Below, piece by piece: positions 44,855 through 53,955 of a DNA stretch of 64,000 nt. Position 1 is the first letter of the stretch. Every line of letters begins with the position of its first letter. A program made the position numbers and the translations under genes. Under the pieces are notes generated by a model, which was not told the DNA's origin, made no database searches, and was given only the letters and a program-made list of their open reading frames with translations. The stretch lies in IMG/VR virus record IMGVR_UViG_3300036770_008730; one strand, written 5' to 3'. This DNA comes from a virus. Its lineage: Duplodnaviria; Caudoviricetes.

Positions 44855-45424
44855 ATGGAAAAGTTTAGCAAGTTAAAACCAAAAGATGGTTTGAATATTG
44901 ATAGTAAAGACAAAGTAGTTTTTGACAGTGACCATTTTAAAATAGTTGATTTTGAGGATTGGCAAGTATTGAAGGATAGAGATTGTGTTGTTTGCATTCC
45001 ATACTTGATTGAAACAAATCAATTTGTTGTTAGATATGAATATATTCCTACCTTCAAATATGTAGATGGTCAAGAATATCATGTTACTGTTGTTGGTGGT
45101 GGTATTGAACTTGGTGAAACTCCACAGAAAGCAATGCTTAGAGAGTTAGAAGAAGAAGCCGGTATTGTTTTAAGAGAAGATTATAAATTAGAGGATATGA
45201 AACCTCTTTTTATCAGTAAGTCACACGCTAATAAGTATTATCCTTTTATTATTCCTCTTAATGATAGAGACTATCATGAGGTGATTGCGACTGGTGATGG
45301 TTCCGAAATTGAAAAGATTAGTAAATCAGTAAAAGTAGATATAAAGTATTTAAGTAATTTGAATCCTTCTGATTTAATCACTGATTATATGTTAATGAAA
45401 CTAAAAGAATACTTGAACATTTAA
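44855..45424 (+). CDS. Nudix hydrolase (ADP-ribose pyrophosphatase-like)
   Basis: GGGIELGETPQKAMLRELEEEAG; C-terminal GDGSE.E. Confidence 0.85.
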   Translation: MEKFSKLKPKDGLNIDSKDKVVFDSDHFKIVDFEDWQVLKDRDCVVCIPYLIETNQFVVRYEYIPTFKYVDGQEYHVTVVGGGIELGETPQKAMLRELEEEAGIVLREDYKLEDMKPLFISKSHANKYYPFIIPLNDRDYHEVIATGDGSEIEKISKSVKVDIKYLSNLNPSDLITDYMLMKLKEYLNI

Positions 45425-46809
45425 CGAAGTCCTGTATTGCCTTTTTCTAGATATCTTTTAAGTTCCGAAATTATTTCCTCATTTAGTTGTTTGTTATCAA
45501 CATGTCCATAATCTGAAAAGTATGGATCTAATTCATTTCTAAAGTAAGATTCATCACCCCACTCCACTAATAGAGTTCTTAATGATTTTGAGTTAATAGA
45601 ATCAGCATCAACTGATTCTAACCAATCATTAGTATATGGTAGAATATAATAAGTCATTTCTACTTTATATTCTTTCTTTTCCTTTTCACCTTCTTTATTT
45701 GTTATGAAGTAGTGTTTAGTTATTTCTTTTGTTGTCTTTTCAAAAGAACCAATATCATTACTAACTACTCTATCAAATGCTTGTACAATGTCTTTGTAGT
45801 TTTGATAAGCGTGTGCATCACACTCTGCTTGAGCAACTGCTGAAGTAACATCTCTCCAAACATCAGAGTCATTAAATTCTGTTTTAATCCATTTTTTTAA
45901 CAATTCATTGAATCTTTCATTTACAAAAAACTCAACAAGTTCTTCTTCTGTTTGAAAATCTTTTGGAAAACTATTTTTTGCTGATGTAACACTATTTTTT
46001 TCCCATTTTTTTACTTCTTCAAATCCACCAAATTCTTTAATAAGAGATTTTGCTAATAACTCTTTTGTTTCTTTATCAAATACATATGAAAACAAGCTGT
46101 TGATATCTTGCTCATAATCAACAGAGTAATAGTTGTCCCAGAAATCATCAATAGGTCCTTTGACTAATACATCTTTATAGCTTGATTTACTACTTAGTAA
46201 TATATCTGCCATATCTTCTATACTAACGTGTAGAAATACTTTATCACCTCTGAGCTCTGTATTTTCATCGATTTTTATATTGTAGTAATCTATGATGTCT
46301 TTTTCGGTCAGTTTAACTTCTTCTTTTTGTTTCACAAAAAGTGCGATATAATCATCTGCTCCTATATCTGAATCGCCACCTATTGAACTTTCATCAATCC
46401 ACAATCCACCTTTTATTCTAATTCTATCTAGTTCTAATTCACTAGATGAATCGTAAATACCTATGTCAGTGTTTGCCTCAACTGATATATAACTAACTGC
46501 AAATTTTAGGTTTGATGTTACATCTTCGTCCGTTATTTTATCTCCAGAAAATATCTTAATAAAGATGGCTGGTCTTTTATATTCACCTGCTAAAACCTTA
46601 TCAGTGAATACATCTTTACCCACATTAGATCCAAGTTTTGTCGTCATATTTCCTTTTTCAACAAATCCGAATTCAATTTCTAAAAAGTATCCTTCATCAG
46701 TAGATTCTAAAAACAATTCTTCAATGTCTTCTTTTGACATATTCCAAATTGATTTTTTAGATTCCTCAACTGATTCTTTTATGAAGTCGATATACTTTTT
46801 AAGTTTCAT
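45421..46809 (-). CDS. hypothetical protein with capsid-targeting-like N-terminus (start refined to 46809)
   Basis: MKLKKYIDFIKE; TTTAATATATA upstream. Confidence 0.7.
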   Translation of the reverse strand: MKLKKYIDFIKESVEESKKSIWNMSKEDIEELFLESTDEGYFLEIEFGFVEKGNMTTKLGSNVGKDVFTDKVLAGEYKRPAIFIKIFSGDKITDEDVTSNLKFAVSYISVEANTDIGIYDSSSELELDRIRIKGGLWIDESSIGGDSDIGADDYIALFVKQKEEVKLTEKDIIDYYNIKIDENTELRGDKVFLHVSIEDMADILLSSKSSYKDVLVKGPIDDFWDNYYSVDYEQDINSLFSYVFDKETKELLAKSLIKEFGGFEEVKKWEKNSVTSAKNSFPKDFQTEEELVEFFVNERFNELLKKWIKTEFNDSDVWRDVTSAVAQAECDAHAYQNYKDIVQAFDRVVSNDIGSFEKTTKEITKHYFITNKEGEKEKKEYKVEMTYYILPYTNDWLESVDADSINSKSLRTLLVEWGDESYFRNELDPYFSDYGHVDNKQLNEEIISELKRYLEKGNTGLR

Positions 46810-46842
46810 TATATAATATATATTAAAAATTATCAATATTAA

Positions 46843-47703
46843 ATGAAGTATTTGAAATTATATGAGGATTTTATGGAAGGTGAATCACTTCCAGGAGTTG
46901 ATATATCTCCGGATGAACAAAAAGAGCTACCGAGACCCTCAAAACAAATACTTTTAGATGGAACTTCAAGTTCTGGTAAAAGTGTAGCTTTAAAGAATTT
47001 AGGATCTGACTGGTGTGTTTTGGCGGCTGATGAGTTTTATGACTTGATTGGTGAAGATTTAGGTAAAGTTAATTTCAATAATAAACAAACTATTAGTGAG
47101 GTTTATCCAGATTGTCCTTATAAATTCTCAGAACCGGGTGGTGATAACTATGAGTTTGCTTGTAGGTGGTATATGGCTCAAGAAGTCAAATTTGGAAAAG
47201 TAAAATCTCTGGGTATGATTTCAAGAAATAAAAATATGGGTAGAAGTGATGAACAGATGAATATAATATATGATGATGTTCAGGGAACAATATTGAATGA
47301 GGTAACAAAAGCCGGACTTGCTAAACCAAAATGGATTTTAGTTCATGCTCCAATCGATCATTTAATCTCAAATATATTAAGCAGACCCGAAGGTGACCGC
47401 AGAGATCCAGAAGGTGTATTTTGTGGAGCTTATTGTTTTAAGTATGAAGCAAAACCTGAAAAAGGAGGAGTTGATCCTGAAAAATCTTGGACTATATCTT
47501 CGGTAAAAGAATTATTTAAAGATCAAAATTGGACCAATCTATTCTTAGATAAAGTCGGAATTAAAGAAGATGGTGTTGAATACTGGATGCATATTAAAAA
47601 TATGCCAGAAGGAACATATGATGTTATAGTAAATACAAGAAATGATGAAGGTGGTCAAAAGACAATTAGTGAAGTGGCTTCGGAAGTTAAAAGACATTTC
47701 TAA
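46843..47703 (+). CDS. P-loop kinase (chloramphenicol-phosphotransferase/AAA_33-like) with capsid-targeting-like N-terminus
   Basis: ILLDGTSSSGKS, LAADEF, IIYDDV, R...D.R lid; MKYLKLYEDFME. Confidence 0.65.
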   Translation: MKYLKLYEDFMEGESLPGVDISPDEQKELPRPSKQILLDGTSSSGKSVALKNLGSDWCVLAADEFYDLIGEDLGKVNFNNKQTISEVYPDCPYKFSEPGGDNYEFACRWYMAQEVKFGKVKSLGMISRNKNMGRSDEQMNIIYDDVQGTILNEVTKAGLAKPKWILVHAPIDHLISNILSRPEGDRRDPEGVFCGAYCFKYEAKPEKGGVDPEKSWTISSVKELFKDQNWTNLFLDKVGIKEDGVEYWMHIKNMPEGTYDVIVNTRNDEGGQKTISEVASEVKRHF

Positions 47704-47704
47704 A

Positions 47705-47738
47705 AAAAAGAGAGACTCAAAGGTCTCTCTTTTTATTT
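47705..47738. terminator. bidirectional intrinsic terminator
   Basis: AAAAAGAGAGAC-tcaaag-GTCTCTCTTTTT. Confidence 0.85.
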
Positions 47739-47764
47739 TATAAGCTGTTCGTCAATTTTAATTT

Positions 47765-48724
47765 TTAGATTTTAGATAATAATTCTGCCTTTTTTGATGA
47801 GAATTCATCATCTGTTAAAATGCCAGCTGAGTGTAACTCACCTAACTTTTTAATTAACTCGATTATTTCACCAGACTCTCTTTTTAAGATATCTTTTGCC
47901 ATAACTTTATTTAGACTTCCTTTTATCTCTTTGATTTCAGCTGGTTTTCTACTTTCAGGAAGTAATTGAATGATAGTAGAAGCGATATAATTCGTCTCAA
48001 AATCCATATCAACTTCTGTAAATTTTTGTGAAGATACACTACCCTTTTCTATTCTACCAGTTTCGATTGATGCTGAATTAGTTGTAATAGTTCCAGTTGT
48101 GTTATTAAAAATATCCCCATTGGTTGTTGTATATGTTCCAATTGAACCTTTAAGATCTGAGTAATTTACATTGGTTGTTGTAACGATACCACCAGTATTA
48201 GTTAAATTATATGATGATGGATTACTACACCACACAGTGAATGGTTGATAAGCTGGATAAGATGGGTAGTATACCGGATACCATCTTTCAACTATTACTC
48301 TATCAAATCTTTTTTTCCAATCTTTAATAGAGACAACATCTTCTTTATAGAAAAATACTTCTAATAATCCATTATCTGATGTTGCTTCTAAAGAAACTTC
48401 GGTGTTTTCAATTTCATATGTTTTAAATATGAATTTCTTTTTATCATCAATAAAACAATCAAGATAGATTCTTTGACCTGGTTTTATCACAAGTCCTGTT
48501 TTAGAAATTGATTGACCATTTAATTTGATATCTGCTAATACAGAAACTTTAAGAGGATTGAATAATTCTATTTCGAATTCTTCATCATTTTGTAGATAGA
48601 CTTTTCCGGATGTAGATTCAGAACGATGTCCTTCTGAACTTTTTATTGATTTTCTTCCTTTGTCTTTAGGATTTACGATCCAAGCACCTGGGCTTGAACT
48701 AGTTTGTGCAATTGTTTTTGCCAT
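47765..48724 (-). CDS. hypothetical protein with C-terminal SHOCT-like helix pair
   Basis: IKKLGELHSAGILTDDEFSSKKAELL; beta-rich N-terminal domain; T/N-rich linker. Confidence 0.7.
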   Translation of the reverse strand: MAKTIAQTSSSPGAWIVNPKDKGRKSIKSSEGHRSESTSGKVYLQNDEEFEIELFNPLKVSVLADIKLNGQSISKTGLVIKPGQRIYLDCFIDDKKKFIFKTYEIENTEVSLEATSDNGLLEVFFYKEDVVSIKDWKKRFDRVIVERWYPVYYPSYPAYQPFTVWCSNPSSYNLTNTGGIVTTTNVNYSDLKGSIGTYTTTNGDIFNNTTGTITTNSASIETGRIEKGSVSSQKFTEVDMDFETNYIASTIIQLLPESRKPAEIKEIKGSLNKVMAKDILKRESGEIIELIKKLGELHSAGILTDDEFSSKKAELLSKI

Positions 48725-48837
48725 AGTTATTCTTTTTATTTTTTTGACCTATATCATTGATTCATTTCTAAATCTCAAAGGCATCCAAATGATACCTGAC
48801 ATAAGTTAGCGAACAGCTAGATTATATATTGAAAATT

Positions 48838-49389
48838 TTAGTTTTGTTTTAATTTAGTTCCACAATTTGGACAAAATGCAAAAGAGTCATTTGGTGTTCC
48901 GCAGTTGAAACAGAATTTTATATTTGAAATAATAAGTGATTCACTCTGTTGATTTTGAGTCACTGCTTCACTTTTATTGTAGCTATTTCTTGATGCAATA
49001 ATTATGTAATTTGTAGTCTTTATTTGTGGACTTCTTAGACCCGATATTTTTATTTCAGGTGTTTCAATTGTTGAATTCCAATTCTCACCCATATATCTAG
49101 TAAAAACATTGGCTTTTTTCAAAGATTCATCTTTATCACCACTAATTAACATGATAACTCTATTACCTCCAACTTTATCCATGTGTTCTTTACATATTTC
49201 AGATAGAACTCTCATAGTTCTAAAAATTTCTATAATTGGTGCGTTTCCGGAAGGTCGTATAAATTCAATAGTCCATAGACCAGATTTATGAGATGATTCT
49301 CTCATTTTTATCATATAAGTCGCTCCGGAATCTGATGTGAATTTGTAGAGACCATCCCAACTTAAACTTCTATCAATACTATAAGCCAT
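48838..49389 (-). CDS. hypothetical protein with C-terminal double zinc ribbon
   Basis: FCFNCG...FCPNCG. Confidence 0.7.
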   Translation of the reverse strand: MAYSIDRSLSWDGLYKFTSDSGATYMIKMRESSHKSGLWTIEFIRPSGNAPIIEIFRTMRVLSEICKEHMDKVGGNRVIMLISGDKDESLKKANVFTRYMGENWNSTIETPEIKISGLRSPQIKTTNYIIIASRNSYNKSEAVTQNQQSESLIISNIKFCFNCGTPNDSFAFCPNCGTKLKQN

Positions 49390-49423
49390 ATTCTATATAT
49401 TTAATAAATAAACCTCTCAATTA

Positions 49424-49454
49424 TTTGACAATTCAAAATAATTGCTTATATTTG
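49424..49454 (+). promoter_or_regulatory. Bacteroidota-type sigma70 promoter
   Basis: TTTG 49424-49427, 19-nt spacer, TATATTTG 49447-49454. Confidence 0.75.
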
Positions 49455-49473
49455 TATTATAAATTATAATATA

Positions 49474-50661
49474 GTGATTAAAAGCAAAGATTTCATACTC
49501 AATACATTTCTAACTCTTACCTCAGAAACTTATCCTTATGGCACTGAAAGTGTTATCTTTGATAAAATGGTAAAAGAAAATCTATTACCAGAAACTGTTC
49601 AGACCGACCAACATGGAAACTATTTCTTAAAGATTGGAGAATCTCGTACAATTTTCGCATCACATCTTGATACTGTTTGTAAAGAACACACACAGGTTGT
49701 TCACCAATTTGATGGTGATCTTATAAAAACTGATGGTAAAACTACACTTGGTGCTGATGATAAAGCTGGTGTAACTATCATGCTTTGGATGATTAAACAT
49801 AATATACCTGGATTATATTACTTTTTTATAGGCGAGGAAGTTGGTTGTATTGGTAGTGGATTAGCTGCTAAATATGGTGACTTCAAAGGTAAATATGATA
49901 GAATTATTTCGTTTGATAGAAAAGGTACAAATTCGGTTATTACTTATCAATCCTCAAGTCGTTCTTGTTCTGATGATTTTGCAAAACAATTGGCAAAAGA
50001 ATTGAACAAAAGTGGTCTTTCATATAAATTAGATGATACTGGTGTTTATACCGACTCGGCTGAGTTTGTTGATGTTATACCAGAGTGTACTAATCTTTCA
50101 GTAGGTTATTATTCAGAACATACATTTAGAGAAAGTCAAGATATAAAACATTTGACTAAATTGGCAAATTCTTGTCTTTTAGTTGATTGGGAAAATTTAG
50201 TCACAAAAAGAGATATGTCCAAAATGGAATTGAAGAGTATGTATACCAATACTTACTCAACTTATGAAACTTCTGATTGGAGAAATCGTGACCATGATTA
50301 TGGATACTCTTCCGGTTCAAGAAAAAAAAGAAATAGAAGAAGTAAATCTAAAAGTAGATACCATGATGATTGGTATGACCAAAATACCAGTTACAATAGT
50401 TACAACAACAATTGGACTTCTTTTGTTCCAGCTGGTAAATCTTATTATGATGGAGTTGATGGATTAGTAGAAGTAAAAAAATCTGATGAAAAAAACTTCT
50501 CATACTACTCTTATGATTGGATCATGACTAAATTTACCAACAAAGATTTAGATTATGATACTTTAATGACTATTAAAGACCAATACTTAGATATGAATAA
50601 TCCATCTGACAAAGAGTTTTATAAATATTTGTTAGATGTTGCTAGCGAGCAAAGTCTATGA
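49474..50661 (+). CDS. M28/M20-family zinc peptidase-like protein
   Basis: SHLDTV, GADDKAG, GEEVG, SFDR, YTDS, NLSVGYYSEH. Confidence 0.8.
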   Translation: MIKSKDFILNTFLTLTSETYPYGTESVIFDKMVKENLLPETVQTDQHGNYFLKIGESRTIFASHLDTVCKEHTQVVHQFDGDLIKTDGKTTLGADDKAGVTIMLWMIKHNIPGLYYFFIGEEVGCIGSGLAAKYGDFKGKYDRIISFDRKGTNSVITYQSSSRSCSDDFAKQLAKELNKSGLSYKLDDTGVYTDSAEFVDVIPECTNLSVGYYSEHTFRESQDIKHLTKLANSCLLVDWENLVTKRDMSKMELKSMYTNTYSTYETSDWRNRDHDYGYSSGSRKKRNRRSKSKSRYHDDWYDQNTSYNSYNNNWTSFVPAGKSYYDGVDGLVEVKKSDEKNFSYYSYDWIMTKFTNKDLDYDTLMTIKDQYLDMNNPSDKEFYKYLLDVASEQSL

Positions 50662-50854
50662 TGTCTGAAATATTTATATCTTCTTCAGGTGCATTAAAAA
50701 TTTTAGATTGTTCAATATTATGAGATATTTTGTATTTTCTTTTAGAAACTTTTTCAAGTATCTTTACAGGTGTAATCATATCATTATACCAGTATTGAAT
50801 AAGAACAATATCACCTTCTTTATAAAATGATTTATACTCTAATAAAAACTTCAT
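50642..50854 (-). CDS. small hypothetical (SH3-like beta) protein
   Basis: MKFLLEYKSFY; G.IV.I...PVKILE. Confidence 0.55.
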   Translation of the reverse strand: MKFLLEYKSFYKEGDIVLIQYWYNDMITPVKILEKVSKRKYKISHNIEQSKIFNAPEEDINISDIIDFAR

Positions 50855-50869
50855 AAAACTATATATTAA

Positions 50870-51832
50870 ATGTTTACTACACTTATTTTTGATGATGAAA
50901 TGTTAGATTTCATTTGTAATTGTCCGAGTAGAAAAATTGCTGAACTTTTACTTGATGGTAATACAGAAAATGGTTTGATTAGTTTACCTGGTAATTTTAT
51001 TAGACGAGAGGATGGTCCCAATGAGATTGATGTTCTTTCATATCTTCCAAAATCAAAACAAATTGATGGTGATCAATCACCGTGGGAAAAGGGAATAGGT
51101 CGAACCAAAATAAGAATAGGTAGATTTTTAAGAAAGTTTTTATCTGAATCATCTATTCAACAATACAACATTTTAGATAAAGACATTGAACAATTTGTTA
51201 ATTTTTACAAATCATATTTCAATAGTTCAACCTCTGATATAAAAATAGTTGAAGGTTCTGAAATTCTAAATCTATACTTAGAAGAAAACTATTATAAACC
51301 AAATGGTCAGAGAAAAGGCACTCTTTGGAATTCCTGTATGAGATACAGAGATAGGAATAAGTTTATGAAATTATATGCTAATAATTCAAATATTAAAATG
51401 GCTGTTCTTTATGAAGATGGTTTAGTAAGAACAAGAGCTCTTTTATGGACTGATGTTAAAGATTCGGACGGCAATGAATACAAAGTTATGGATAGGATTT
51501 ATTCTGTTTATGACCACGATTTTTTACTATTCAAAAAATGGGCACATGAAAATGGGTATCTTCCTAAGTTTCATCAAACTGCAAAATCTGAAAAAGTATT
51601 TGATGTGGCTGGTTTTCCAGTAAATAAAGACTTAGTAGTTAAATTAGAAAACTATGACTTTAGTTATTACCCATATTTAGATACATTTAAATTCTTTAAC
51701 TTTTATAAAGGCACATTTGCGAACTCAACCTACTTTAACTATGATTATGTTCTAGTTCAAAGTAATGGCGGCTTAGAACCAGAACCCGAGCCAGAAGAAC
51801 CAGAATATTATGATGATAATGAATGGAATTAA
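50870..51832 (+). CDS. conserved phage protein of unknown function, paralog of 4130..5104
   Basis: TLWNSCM, TRALLW, VMDRIY, YPYLDTF. Confidence 0.75.
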   Translation: MFTTLIFDDEMLDFICNCPSRKIAELLLDGNTENGLISLPGNFIRREDGPNEIDVLSYLPKSKQIDGDQSPWEKGIGRTKIRIGRFLRKFLSESSIQQYNILDKDIEQFVNFYKSYFNSSTSDIKIVEGSEILNLYLEENYYKPNGQRKGTLWNSCMRYRDRNKFMKLYANNSNIKMAVLYEDGLVRTRALLWTDVKDSDGNEYKVMDRIYSVYDHDFLLFKKWAHENGYLPKFHQTAKSEKVFDVAGFPVNKDLVVKLENYDFSYYPYLDTFKFFNFYKGTFANSTYFNYDYVLVQSNGGLEPEPEPEEPEYYDDNEWN

Positions 51833-52842
51833 AGTCCGTTTTGGTATTTTAGTTTTTTATTTTGTTTAAGTATTAAATTTTCTAATAGGTATTCTTTTTT
51901 TCTTTTTTTTATCCAGATATAAAATCTATACGAGTTTTTTATAAAATCACCAAGATAAATATATTTTTCAGTTTCTTTTTTTGCGGATTCTTCGGTAATT
52001 CCTCCTCTTTTCTTCATATGTGATGTGAATTTATTAATAGATTTGAGATTTAAAAGTTTAGTATATATGCCTATATTTTCTTTTCTAAATTCTGAAAAAT
52101 CTTCATATTTATTACATATCTCCCTAATTGAATCATCACTCAATATCAATTTCGAAATCTCATTCATCTCAATTTTTATGTCGAATATTGTTTTTTCATC
52201 AATTTTTTTGAATTTTCCTATGATGTTTAGATTTTCAACCAGCTGTTGTTTTATATCTAACTCATAATTTCTATTTCGTTCTTTTATTTTAATTAATGTT
52301 ATTCCCTTTCTATAACATATATCAACTTTATTAATTTTATCATTCAAGTGCCATGCCTTTCCGTCATATTCGAACGCCAATTTTATCGATGGAAAATAGA
52401 TATCTAATTCATAGGGATTTATTATTTTTCTTGTATTATACATATAGTCATTTCCAAATATTTTTTCTAAAATTTTAGATAAAATAACTTGTGGTGTGCT
52501 TATATTTTTTCTCACCATATGATTGCAAATTGCACCAAGTATTCCCGAAGTTCTAGCGATAGTATAAGCACTTGGATCATTTTGCTGAAAATCAGATCTT
52601 GTTTCATATTTTAATGCAATTTCTTTTAGAAAGTCGAATGTTAAATTTCTTCCCACCATTTTATTTCTTTTTGATATCATTTTAGATTTATGCATTTTTG
52701 ATTTTTTCAATCCCAAACGAAAAGACTTTGATCGTATTGATTTTATTGACTTATTTAAAAATTTTGATAGTTCCAAATCTGTTTTATCTGAATAGTTCAT
52801 TTTAATGTAATCTATTTCTTCACTTGTCCAAAATGTATTCAT
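51829..52842 (-). mobile_element. free-standing homing-endonuclease-like gene (Vsr/PD-(D/E)XK-like)
   Basis: W...E..Y HTH-like N-terminus, KYETRSDF...AY..A...G.L..IC.HM repeats, ELDIYFP...AFEYDG..WH; inverted relative to flanking genes. Confidence 0.7.
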
Positions 52843-52925
52843 TTTTGTTTTTTCTTTTATATATTAAAAAAGAAAACCGAAAAACTCGCCAATGTTTAAT
52901 TTATTATATAAAAGAAAAAAGTATT

Positions 52926-53684
52926 ATGGGCAGTCGAGAAAAAAATAAAATAAATAAAGAAATTACCGAGGGTATTTCTGATTATCGAAAAAGTAAGATA
53001 ATTAAAAGAAGCTCTTTAACAAGAGAATTCTTTCAGAATACTTCAAAATCGATTATTTTAAGTGATAAACAAAATGAACTTTATAAGAGTATTAGAAATA
53101 ATATTTTGACTGTAGTTCATGGACCTGCTGGAACAAGTAAAACTTTTACAAGTTGTTATGCTGCTCTTGCCTTACTAGCTGATAAAAAAATAGAACAGAT
53201 AATAATCACTAAACCAAATATAGAGAGTGGACCTTCTTTAGGTCTCTTACCTGGAACCATAGAGGAAAAAATAGATCCGTATAAACAATCCTATTACACA
53301 AATTTTTGTAAAATATTAGATAAACAGACAATAGATTTTCTATTTGCCACAGAAGAAATAAAGTTTGAACCATTGTCCTATATGAGGGGATCCACATATG
53401 ACAATTGTTTGATGTTACTTGATGAGTGTCAGAATTCTTCTATATCACAGCTCATGCTTTGGAGTACTAGATTGGGTAAAAATTCGAAGGCTGTGATGAT
53501 GGGTGATACATCACAATATGATGTTAAGAAAAAAGATTCCGGATATGTTGATTTCATTAAAATGACGGAAGAAATGGAAAATCTATACATTTTTCAATTT
53601 CAGAATGAGGATATCGTTAGAAACAAATTTTTAATTGAATTGACGAATCGATATGATAAATATCGATTCGAAAATGAGAAATAA
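52926..53684 (+). CDS. phoH: PhoH-like ATPase (start refined to 52926)
   Basis: GPAGTSKT, LGLLPG...EK..PY, YMRGSTY, LDECQN, TRLG, GDTSQYD, DIVR. Confidence 0.92.
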   Translation: MGSREKNKINKEITEGISDYRKSKIIKRSSLTREFFQNTSKSIILSDKQNELYKSIRNNILTVVHGPAGTSKTFTSCYAALALLADKKIEQIIITKPNIESGPSLGLLPGTIEEKIDPYKQSYYTNFCKILDKQTIDFLFATEEIKFEPLSYMRGSTYDNCLMLLDECQNSSISQLMLWSTRLGKNSKAVMMGDTSQYDVKKKDSGYVDFIKMTEEMENLYIFQFQNEDIVRNKFLIELTNRYDKYRFENEK

Positions 53685-53736
53685 GTTGTTGTATATCATA
53701 AGTTTTAATATATAAACATAAATTGATTTTACAACA

Positions 53737-53952
53737 GTGAAGTCTGAAGATGATTTGATTTATGACTTAATTTTCTCAGAAAAGTCAACCTTCAATATAG
53801 ATATCTCCGAATATATTGTGGATATCTATGAGTATGAAGATTTTGTTGACCATTTAAGAAATATTCTAAAGAAGTCAAAAGTTAAAATATTAAAAAGTTC
53901 GGTTATTGTTGATAGTAAAACAGTTGTTTGGGATTTAAAAGTAAAAAAATAA
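53737..53952 (+). CDS. small hypothetical protein (GTG start)
   Basis: 71-aa ORF after TTTTAATATATA, preceding the large virion gene. Confidence 0.55.
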   Translation: MKSEDDLIYDLIFSEKSTFNIDISEYIVDIYEYEDFVDHLRNILKKSKVKILKSSVIVDSKTVVWDLKVKK

Positions 53953-53955
53953 ATT

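Noticed and set aside
5422-53397. Other short overlapping ORFs in the track (e.g. 5422, 5719, 10527, 13516, 14816, 15458, 16610, 20292, 20509, 22091, 22291, 24405, 26782, 27641, 27801, 29553, 33641, 35891, 37582, 38050, 39254, 44403, 44873, 46565, 49109, 50264, 52025, 53209)
   Set aside because: Each lies inside or opposite a longer, better-supported gene and has no recognisable motif
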